Shown here: positions 1-7,260 of the stretch, in pieces | Numbering within the stretch: position 1 is the first letter of the stretch | How the letters are laid out: each line of letters begins with the position of its first letter | Source of the DNA: a virus | Direction: 5' to 3' (one strand) | Length of the DNA: 64,000 bases | Virus record (IMG/VR): IMGVR_UViG_3300027747_004271 | Location: 3,333-67,332 of that record | Notes under the pieces: generated by a model | Databases searched by the model: none | What the model saw: the letters and a program-made list of their open reading frames with translations, nothing else | What the model was told of the DNA's origin: nothing | Position numbers and translations under genes: made by a program

Positions 1-284
1 TCAATCACCTCAGCGCGGCCGTCTGTATATTTCACGTAAAAGTCAGGGTAATACCTCCGGACTTTTTTCGATCGAATATTCGAGACGTACTCTATGACGG
101 TCTGCTCATACGTCCAGGACTCTACGTCTGGGTTGGCGTCGAGATGGACCATCATCTTCTCTTCCCAGCCGCTTCGAAACTTACAGACCTGTCCCGACTT
201 CGTGGAGGTGTACTCACCCCTCTGATAGTGTCCCCGGCGCTTTCTCTTCTTTCGGGGTTTCTTGACTTTCTTCTCTGAGGGCAT
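1..284 (-). CDS. TnsA-like / T4 gp4-like (head completion) PD-(D/E)XK endonuclease, 3' end runs off the window
   Basis: Not in the ORF track; translated by hand from ATG at 284: MPSEKKVKKPRKKRKRRGHYQRGEYTSTKSGQVCKFRSGWEEKMMVHLDANPDVESWTYEQTVIEY...RRYYPDFYVKYTDGRAEVI. Shows the RSxWE / WxYE / YxPDF motifs. Confidence 0.8.
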   Translation of the reverse strand, partial: MPSEKKVKKPRKKRKRRGHYQRGEYTSTKSGQVCKFRSGWEEKMMVHLDANPDVESWTYEQTVIEYVSNIRSKKVRRYYPDFYVKYTDGRAEVI

Positions 285-573
285 GGTTCAACTTCTCCTC
301 GACGATGTGGAGCGACGTGTCTCGAATCAACACTACCTTGTTTCTGTTCTTGTGACCCGACACGATTATCACAGATGTCTTTGGCACATCGAAGAAAGAA
401 GCGAGGAACTTCAACAGTGTGTCGTTGGCTTCTCCCTTCTTGGGTTTTGCCGACACGCATATTTCTACGTGACCGTCCTCTCTGATGCCCTTGAAACAGG
501 TCGACGTAGAGAAGAGCTTGACATGGACGAAGAGATGGACTCCTGCCATGGACGAGGCGAGGTGAGGTTTCAT
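214..573 (-). CDS. DUF167 (YggU-like) family protein
   Basis: VSAKPKKGEANDTLLKFLASFFDVPKTSVIIVSGHKNRNKVVLI matches the DUF167 pattern (P..G.AN..L+.FLA..F.VPKS.V.IVSG..SR.K). Start may be the second Met (549). Confidence 0.8.
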   Translation of the reverse strand: MKPHLASSMAGVHLFVHVKLFSTSTCFKGIREDGHVEICVSAKPKKGEANDTLLKFLASFFDVPKTSVIIVSGHKNRNKVVLIRDTSLHIVEEKLNHALREESQETPKEEKAPGTLSEG

Positions 574-574
574 G

Positions 575-1558
575 TCAAAGGATTCCTCGGGTCTTGAGGT
601 CGTCTCTCGTGAGAATTACGTATGCATCGATTGCAGACTGTTCACAGTATTTCTGTGCTGCTTCAGTCTTCAGTTGACAGGCTCGAGAATCGACAAACTC
701 CTTGGGTTTGATCTCCCAAATCTCCTTGCGGCCGTCGGTGTATTCGACGAAGAAGTCAGGGTCATACCAGCGTTTTGTCACATTGATGTAAGAAATTCGT
801 AGACATTCGCTGTCCCAACGTAAAACGCTGTCTACTTTATCCAGATACTTCATCGCTGCTAGTTCCCAAGAAGACCTATAATGATGAATTTTGCGTGTCT
901 TTGACGACACATAGTCACCTCTCACATGACCGTTCTTGCCATAACTTTTTCTATTCCCGCTCAAAATGCCGATTGAGTTTGCTTCGGACATCTTGACTCT
1001 TGACTCCTCAGTGTGCTTCTTGCCAAACATGCCATTCTTCTCTCCGACGGGAGGATTGAGTCGTTTTGCCTCCCTGATCCTCGCCTTTGTCTCATCAGTA
1101 TGGTGCTCTCCCTTGAAGTTGGGAGTCCATCCTGTTTGGGACATTCGGTGTCGTACGTCTTCTCGGATCTTCTGCCACGACTCTTCTGTGTGCATCGCTG
1201 ACGTGTTCTGAGCATAAAGGTCGGGGTTCTTCGATCTGTACATAGCGTAACAGGTCTTAGAGCACGTCTTGCCCCATTTCCTCTCTCCGCCGACCTTTCT
1301 GAATCTTAGAGTCTTACCGCACGTAAGGCAAGGAGCTTCGATCACGTCTGCACCGTAACCGCCAACGCCGCCCCGATGGGAGTAGTGACATGCTAGGGAG
1401 CAGAAATGCTTCGGAGCATCGTAGGTCTCCTTGAGCCACTTTCGCTCGAACATGTCTCCGCATCCGTCACATTTGATGACGAGGGCACGTGGAGGTTTGC
1501 CAGTTTTCTTTGATGTGCCTTCGTTCTTATGCAGCTGTTCTTTGATTTCGACGATCAT
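575..1558 (-). CDS. Putative homing endonuclease: Cys-rich Zn motifs + NUMOD3 repeats + C-terminal TnsA-like nuclease
   Basis: CDGC/FCSLAC/CLTC/CSKTC; NUMOD3-like GEHHTDETKARIRE and MFGKKHTEESRVKMSE; YRSSWE...WYDPDFFVEYTDGRKEIWEIKP. Confidence 0.8.
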   Translation of the reverse strand: MIVEIKEQLHKNEGTSKKTGKPPRALVIKCDGCGDMFERKWLKETYDAPKHFCSLACHYSHRGGVGGYGADVIEAPCLTCGKTLRFRKVGGERKWGKTCSKTCYAMYRSKNPDLYAQNTSAMHTEESWQKIREDVRHRMSQTGWTPNFKGEHHTDETKARIREAKRLNPPVGEKNGMFGKKHTEESRVKMSEANSIGILSGNRKSYGKNGHVRGDYVSSKTRKIHHYRSSWELAAMKYLDKVDSVLRWDSECLRISYINVTKRWYDPDFFVEYTDGRKEIWEIKPKEFVDSRACQLKTEAAQKYCEQSAIDAYVILTRDDLKTRGIL

Positions 1559-1564
1559 AACGTT

Positions 1565-1571
1565 TAAGTAT
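1565..1571 (-). promoter_or_regulatory. Putative late-promoter motif ATACTTA, 6 nt upstream of ATG
   Basis: Same ATANTTA-type motif recurs at similar spacing before several other genes; here flanked by an ACGTT/AACGT inverted repeat. Confidence 0.45.
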
Positions 1572-1580
1572 AACGTCAGA

Positions 1581-4121
1581 TCAAAAATCGAAAGCTACCT
1601 TGAAAAGAACCTTGTCTCCTTCACGCTTGATGATGGGCTGTGCGAGCTTCGCCTTCGCGACGACGTTCATGTTCTCGTCGTGGAAGTTCATTCCGCTGAT
1701 GTAGACAAAGTCTTCGTTGTCGACGGGCGAGGAAGAGGCCTTGATCTTGCCGTAGTTGGCTGAGTACGTGGCATTCGAAGAAGAGTTGAAGAGGCCAGGA
1801 CCTGCGAGGACCTCGTACTTCGTGGAGTAGATGTTGTAGACACCCCTGAAGGACATCTCGTACTGCTCCTTGCCGAAGAAGTAGAGGTGCGGGTTCTTGA
1901 TGAGGACGATGCCCTCGTCGTAGAAGATGTTGCCTACAGAGTTCTGCGTGGCGTGGGTCGTCAGGGCATCTGCGCGATAGATGTTTCCGAGAGAGTCGTC
2001 TCGTAGAGTGATCTTGACGGCGCCGTGGGAACCAGAGAGGGAGGTGTCCTTGATCTCGAAGGACCCTGGCTGTATCCTTCGACCGTAGTATAGGTTGCTG
2101 ATGTTGAAGATCGTTATCTGATTCGAAGAAGCGTCTTGAAGTCTGTTGTAGATCGTGAGCGGCACTCCGCGCTGGACTCCCCTGTCGAACGAGGCGTCCT
2201 GGCCTGCAGGAATGTCTGTCACGATGTTGTTGATCTTGTTGTAGTAGGCGAGAGCTGCGTCTCCGGGAGGAAGTCCAGGTTGCTCAGGTGTGAAACCCTG
2301 TAGCTGTCGCTGGAAGTTTTCGTACGTCTCGCTGTCTGAGCTGTACTGACTGATGCCACCGGCGAGGAGCGAAGCAGTCGACAAGAGCTTGTCGAGGTTG
2401 ATGTAGCTGTAGTCGACGGTGCCGTACTGGTCGGCGTACTTGTTCTGCGTGTTCTCGCTCTTCAGTATGTCGTAGTTGGGATCGAACGCCCCGTCGTCAC
2501 AGGGAAGAATCGTGAGGTTCCTCTTCGCCACTCCACCGTCCTGGTACAGGAAGTAGTTGGCCTCGAGGGCGTCAGTGGTGTGGTCGATCGCGGTGCCCGT
2601 GAGGTTGAGGAGCCTCGGGAATCTCTTGTTCGTGAAGTCCTTTGCGAAATTCTCGAGGTTGATGTAGTGACCGTTGACTCCGAACGCCATCGCGACGTTG
2701 AAAGGATCGTCTGTCGTTCCGTCCACTTCGAAGAAGGGAGTCTGTAACACGCCACCGTGGTCGCCGACGTAGCGGCGGAGGGGAACGTCCTCTATGAAGA
2801 AGGGTGGCAGATAGAAGGCGATGTTCTTTCTGACGAACGCGTCTGTTCCAGGACCTCGAGAGCCCGTCGTAGACGACTCAGCGTCAGACATGAAGTATCT
2901 CCTGATCGTGAGGTCGTGGACCTCGGCCTTGAGAGGATGCCTAAAGGCGTAGTGCGCAGGCTCTTCTGCGGCGTAAGTGGTGAGCTGTTCTAGCCCGTCT
3001 CTCTTCGCAGGATTGGGCGCGAAGAAGATGGTCTGGGCAGACATTCCCTGATTCGTTCCCTCGTAGTAGTTGCCGACACAGAGGACGCTGGGACCTGTTG
3101 TCGCATCGAACGATCTCGGGTTGATTGTCCCAGAAGGTACGACGAAGTTGCCTCGATTGACTCCGTCGATCACGAAAGACCCGGTACCGTCGTTGATGTA
3201 TTTCGAACCCCAGCGGACTACGACGTGGTGCCACTTGTTGTATCGTAGGGAGTTGTCGTCCGAGAGAAAGATGAGATCATGAGGATAGCTTCCAGGTATG
3301 AACTTTGAGGGTGCATAGTCTGCACTGTGACTCAGCTGGAGCTGTATCCTGAATCCCTCTGGCAGGCCGTTCTCGTCCTTTAGAGTGCCCGATACGAGGG
3401 ACACAGCGTAGCTAGAAGAGAGGTGAAAGATGGTCCCCGCCTTGAAGTGTCCCGCGTCGAGGCCATCCGTCTTGTATCTCGGGTTGATGTAGAAGTCGAA
3501 GCTGAATGCGCCGGAGATGTTGTAGAGACCGTTGCAATAACCCTCCTGAAGAGGCACGTCGGGCTCATCGAGAGGATTGAAGAGATTGGGGTACAGCAAG
3601 ACTGAAGCAGTAGGAACTAGCTGCTTCGTTCCCTGCATCGAAGTGAAGAAGTTGAGGGAATGGTAGTTGGTGTAGGCCCACTGAGCATGGGGATACTCGG
3701 TGAGATACCGAGGCATCAACATGTCCTTGATGTTGTTCTTGCAGATCGTGTATTTCGTGAACTTCGTGGTCGGTGTGAATCGTTCCACGTCTAGGACTGA
3801 CGTGGGAGCCACGGAAGATTTCGACACCAGGCTGAGATACGACGTCGCCTTGTCTTCTATCGAAAGCTTTTGAGCTCTCTTCGTTCTTGCCTCGCCTGCT
3901 ATCTTCTTTGCTGCCGAGTCGAAGTTGATGTCGACGAGAGCCGTCGCAGCGTTGTCATTGAAGTAGAACGACTGCGACGTGTTCTTTTCGATGTCAGACT
4001 GCCTCGGGAAGACCTTGATGGACCCCGTGACGCCGAACGAGCTAGAGACGTAACTACGATGTGGAGTCGTGATTAGTGTGAACGTCTCATAGTCGCTGCT
4101 GGTTATCTTTATGACAGACAT
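1581..4121 (-). CDS. Virion/tail protein with LamG (concanavalin A-like) domain and conserved C-terminal tail-attachment-like motif
   Basis: FSFDFYINP, KWHHVVVRW, FVIDG (LamG-like); C-terminal VGNIFYDEGIV and YISGMNFHDENMNVVAKAKLAQPIIK...FKVAFDF. Confidence 0.6.
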   Translation of the reverse strand: MSVIKITSSDYETFTLITTPHRSYVSSSFGVTGSIKVFPRQSDIEKNTSQSFYFNDNAATALVDINFDSAAKKIAGEARTKRAQKLSIEDKATSYLSLVSKSSVAPTSVLDVERFTPTTKFTKYTICKNNIKDMLMPRYLTEYPHAQWAYTNYHSLNFFTSMQGTKQLVPTASVLLYPNLFNPLDEPDVPLQEGYCNGLYNISGAFSFDFYINPRYKTDGLDAGHFKAGTIFHLSSSYAVSLVSGTLKDENGLPEGFRIQLQLSHSADYAPSKFIPGSYPHDLIFLSDDNSLRYNKWHHVVVRWGSKYINDGTGSFVIDGVNRGNFVVPSGTINPRSFDATTGPSVLCVGNYYEGTNQGMSAQTIFFAPNPAKRDGLEQLTTYAAEEPAHYAFRHPLKAEVHDLTIRRYFMSDAESSTTGSRGPGTDAFVRKNIAFYLPPFFIEDVPLRRYVGDHGGVLQTPFFEVDGTTDDPFNVAMAFGVNGHYINLENFAKDFTNKRFPRLLNLTGTAIDHTTDALEANYFLYQDGGVAKRNLTILPCDDGAFDPNYDILKSENTQNKYADQYGTVDYSYINLDKLLSTASLLAGGISQYSSDSETYENFQRQLQGFTPEQPGLPPGDAALAYYNKINNIVTDIPAGQDASFDRGVQRGVPLTIYNRLQDASSNQITIFNISNLYYGRRIQPGSFEIKDTSLSGSHGAVKITLRDDSLGNIYRADALTTHATQNSVGNIFYDEGIVLIKNPHLYFFGKEQYEMSFRGVYNIYSTKYEVLAGPGLFNSSSNATYSANYGKIKASSSPVDNEDFVYISGMNFHDENMNVVAKAKLAQPIIKREGDKVLFKVAFDF

Positions 4122-4128
4122 GTGTGTC

Positions 4129-4135
4129 TAACTAT
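4129..4135 (-). promoter_or_regulatory. Putative late-promoter motif ATAGTTA, 7 nt upstream of ATG
   Basis: Identical 7-mer also at 4987-4993 (-) and 48863-48869 (+), each 6-7 nt before a start codon. Confidence 0.5.
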
Positions 4136-4158
4136 AGGGTCTACGATTTGATCATACA

Positions 4159-4980
4159 TCAAATAATTCCTCGTTGAGCAAGACCTTCACTATCGAGCAA
4201 GACATACGAACAGATTGCATTCTCAGCGCAATATTTTTTTCCAGCCTCCGAGGTTCTGATCACACGCTCTGTGAGGTGAAACTCCTTAGGCTTGACCTCC
4301 CACATCTCAGTCTCACCGCCCCAGAAAGTGACCAAAAAATCCGGGACATACCAGCGCTTGTTGTTGCTATAGAGATATGGAATTCGAACCGACTCGTAAT
4401 CCCACGTCAGAACAACATCGCAGGAGTCAAGGTGTTTCATCACCGCCTCTTCCCAGCTCGAACGAAAAAAATGCCTCTTGGAAGTCTTGGTTGACGTGTA
4501 CCAGCCTTTTTTGTTTCGAGTTCCGTATGCTTTAAATCTACCCTCGAGAATCGCCTTCGACTTCTTCTCAGACATCTTAGACCGCGTCTCTTCAGAGTGA
4601 TTGCGTCCGAACATGCCATTGTTCTTGCCGGATCGCTTTCCGCCCTTAGAGACCTCACTCAGACGCTTTCGAGTCTGCTCAGTGTGGTGCTTTCCAAGCC
4701 AGTGTTTCCACTTGCCTTCAGCAGCAAGTGCAGAGATTGTCTCCTTTGCCTTTGCATGAGACTCTAGAGAGTTCAGAGACTCTATGGCCGCTCTCCACGT
4801 CTCAGGATGCTCTCTCTTATAACGCCCTCTGCACTTATTATCACAAAAGTGCATTTTACTTCTTTCGTATCTACATTTAGATCCTTCGTTGCGTTTGCCG
4901 CAAGCCTCACACTCCAAAATGTAGACTATGCTTCTACGATTTGTGTCAGAAGAACGACGTTCAAAGATCTCGATTAACAT
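4159..4980 (-). CDS. Putative homing endonuclease: Zn motif + NUMOD3 repeats + TnsA-like nuclease
   Basis: CEAC/FCDNKC; WLGKHHTEQTRKRLSE, MFGRNHSEETRSKMSE; FFRSSWEE...WDYES...WYVPDF...WEVKP. Paralog of 575..1558. Confidence 0.8.
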   Translation of the reverse strand: MLIEIFERRSSDTNRRSIVYILECEACGKRNEGSKCRYERSKMHFCDNKCRGRYKREHPETWRAAIESLNSLESHAKAKETISALAAEGKWKHWLGKHHTEQTRKRLSEVSKGGKRSGKNNGMFGRNHSEETRSKMSEKKSKAILEGRFKAYGTRNKKGWYTSTKTSKRHFFRSSWEEAVMKHLDSCDVVLTWDYESVRIPYLYSNNKRWYVPDFLVTFWGGETEMWEVKPKEFHLTERVIRTSEAGKKYCAENAICSYVLLDSEGLAQRGII

Positions 4981-4986
4981 CGTCTA

Positions 4987-5010
4987 TAACTATACTCCGC
5001 TTGGAGTTTA
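4987..5010 (-). promoter_or_regulatory. ATAGTTA motif plus small hairpin (ACTCC-aagc-GGAGT) containing a GGAG Shine-Dalgarno-like sequence
   Basis: Minus strand reads TAAACTCCAAGCGGAGTATAGTTATAGACG-ATG. Confidence 0.4.
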
Positions 5011-5017
5011 GCAACGA

Positions 5018-6379
5018 CTAAAAATCGAGACGAACTCGGAATGTCAGGTCTCTTCCGGGATTCTTCTCTACTGGTCTGCTGAGCTTCGCGACGGCGAGAA
5101 GCCCGTCCGAGTTGTCGTACAGACCGATTGTCGTGATGTACGTGAACGGTTCCTGAGTCTCCTCTGGGAGAGCAGGATCGTATACCGTCAGACGACCTTC
5201 GTAGTCTGTGGCGCCCACTCCTGCAGGTTCGATGTAGGTCGGATTCGACGAATAGTTGAAGTCGTCGGGAAGGGCCCTGCAGAATATGAGCGAAGAGTTG
5301 ATGTTCGTCACGTTCTGGAACGTTATCGCAGTCAGCGCGCCAGAGCCGAATCGTGAGTAGCAGAAGTGGTCCACGATGTCGTCGACGGATGCGGAGACCA
5401 TGAGGTCTGGGACGAGGGAGCAAGTCAGCGGATGCACAGAGTTGTAGTCTGCTGAGATTCCCGTGTTGTAGGCGCCCAGCACCATCTTGCCGAGGGGATG
5501 CATGGCCGATATGACGCCCGACAAGAACTGCGTTCCAGAAGTGATCTTCTGTACGTCGAGGACGGCGATGCCAGAGTCGTAGTACAGGAGGCCTACAGCC
5601 TGTGTCGTGCTGGAGGCATTGACGAGATATCCGTACTGGCCTCCGACGTCGAAGTACCTCGAGTCGGAAGAGCCGATGTCAGTAAAGATCACTGAACCGC
5701 TGGGTGAAGTGATGTAGAGATTCGGCTGTCCGATGTTTGCATTTGCACCGACGTCTCCCGAGAAACCGACGGGCATGTCGAGGTCACCTGCAGAGCTTCG
5801 GTTTCTCACGGCAGCGGCCTTCGAGTAGAAACGCATCGCGAACGTCTCTCTCTTGATCTGGTCCCTTGCGAAGAGGCGCTTGAAGGCGATGAAGAGTGCA
5901 GCATCGATGTCGGTGTTTGTCTGAGACGTCTGCAGAGACGCGTCTACGGGCAACTTGAACATCGAAGTCCTGCTTCCCAACAGCGTCTGGGCGAACTGAC
6001 TGTAGATGTCAGTCTTCTCCCTCATCATGAGGGACTGGCTGGGATATAGGTACTTACCGTTCGTGTCTGACGAAGGTGATGCCTTGGCTGCGACTCCGTT
6101 GGCATTGACGACTCCCGTGTTCGTCTTCGCATCGGGCGGTGCAAGACCTACAGTGATGTCGAACACTGGGTTTGCAGTCTGAAGAGTGAAGTCTTGATCG
6201 TAGACGGTTTGAAAGAGTGATGACGTCACACCTGGGCCCACGCCGCCCGTGACGAACACCTGATACTTTCGACGTGACACGGAAGAGCTGATGTCCTCCT
6301 GGAGTACGTCGATCAGCTGATTGAGGAACGAACGTGTCGTCTTCTTGTCACTGGCGAGGATTTCTTTTTTGGTTGCCAT
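5018..6379 (-). CDS. Virion/tail structural protein with conserved C-terminal motif
   Basis: FNYSSNPTY...FTYITTIGLYDNSDGLLAVAKLSRPVEKNPGRDLTFRVRLDF; similar to the C-terminus of 1581..4121. Confidence 0.6.
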   Translation of the reverse strand: MATKKEILASDKKTTRSFLNQLIDVLQEDISSSVSRRKYQVFVTGGVGPGVTSSLFQTVYDQDFTLQTANPVFDITVGLAPPDAKTNTGVVNANGVAAKASPSSDTNGKYLYPSQSLMMREKTDIYSQFAQTLLGSRTSMFKLPVDASLQTSQTNTDIDAALFIAFKRLFARDQIKRETFAMRFYSKAAAVRNRSSAGDLDMPVGFSGDVGANANIGQPNLYITSPSGSVIFTDIGSSDSRYFDVGGQYGYLVNASSTTQAVGLLYYDSGIAVLDVQKITSGTQFLSGVISAMHPLGKMVLGAYNTGISADYNSVHPLTCSLVPDLMVSASVDDIVDHFCYSRFGSGALTAITFQNVTNINSSLIFCRALPDDFNYSSNPTYIEPAGVGATDYEGRLTVYDPALPEETQEPFTYITTIGLYDNSDGLLAVAKLSRPVEKNPGRDLTFRVRLDF

Positions 6380-6416
6380 CTTGTTTCAGTCCCTACGAGT
6401 TCCGGTTCTCTTCCTG

Positions 6417-7166
6417 TTATAGCGATGCGGTGTACGTGACAGGTATCGTGATTGAACATCCGTGTCTCTCACCGATGACCGTGATGTAGCTCGTGATCGT
6501 TCGAACCGACGAAGATTCTGTCCTCTTGCCGTATACCGTGAGTGTCGTGTTGTCGATGGGACGTGCCCTCACATCGAAAGAGATCTGCGTGGTCGTGGAT
6601 CCCTTGGGAAGCGTCAAAGTATACGTCGCAGTCCTGTTGGGATCTCCTGCATTCGCCAAGTTCCTCGCGAGGTCAGGTGCCGAGAGCGTTCCCGTTCCAC
6701 CGTTTGCCATCGATATCTCGAAGAACCTGTCCGACACCTTGATAGAATAGCTCGTCTGAATGAAGTTTCCAGGGAACTGTGCACCTGTCAGTTTACCGTA
6801 GTATAGGTCTAACTTCACCGTAGAGCTATCTGACTTCTGCAAAGCAGGAGTGCTACCGTTCAATTTCAGTGTAGGCAGATACACAGAAGAAATGGTCTGA
6901 CCGTCAGTCTCTGTGCTGATCAGCCTGTACTTGAGAGCTACGTTCTGATTCGTGAGTGCTTCAAAGATGGGAGTGTTCTTCTCGATCTTCTCTTTGCCGA
7001 CGGTGCGACCGTACTTCTTGACGAGTCGGTAATCGACCTCATCGTCTCCTAGAGCGTATGAAGTGATGTTGAAGGCATTGCCTGCTGTGGCGAGGCGCTG
7101 ACGACCATAGTCGGTCAACACCGCGTCGAGAATGATGTTGTTGGTACTGTGATCAAGCCATCCCAT
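6417..7166 (-). CDS. Virion/tail structural protein
   Basis: N-terminal MGWLD...DAVLTDYGRQRLA...FNITSYALGDDEVDY, resembling the N-terminus of tail-collar fibre (DUF3751-like) proteins. Confidence 0.55.
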   Translation of the reverse strand: MGWLDHSTNNIILDAVLTDYGRQRLATAGNAFNITSYALGDDEVDYRLVKKYGRTVGKEKIEKNTPIFEALTNQNVALKYRLISTETDGQTISSVYLPTLKLNGSTPALQKSDSSTVKLDLYYGKLTGAQFPGNFIQTSYSIKVSDRFFEISMANGGTGTLSAPDLARNLANAGDPNRTATYTLTLPKGSTTTQISFDVRARPIDNTTLTVYGKRTESSSVRTITSYITVIGERHGCSITIPVTYTASL

Positions 7167-7260
7167 TGCACATCGACCTTTCTAACTTTCGCATCTACAA
7201 ATATGACCACGAGTTCTTTTTTGACTCGAAATAGTCCTGTGTGACATGGTACAGGGTCGT

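Noticed and set aside
575-4980. TnsA-like genes as a Tn7 transposon, or as intron-encoded ORFs
   Set aside because: No TnsB/C/D or terminal repeats; flanking genes are intact, and gaps of 40 nt or less leave no room for intron cores.
7167-7260. Largest intergenic gap with two weak hairpins (CGAGT/ACTCG, CCTGT/ACAGG)
   Set aside because: 5-bp stems, no U-tract after the stem on the coding strand, no tRNA or known ncRNA features.
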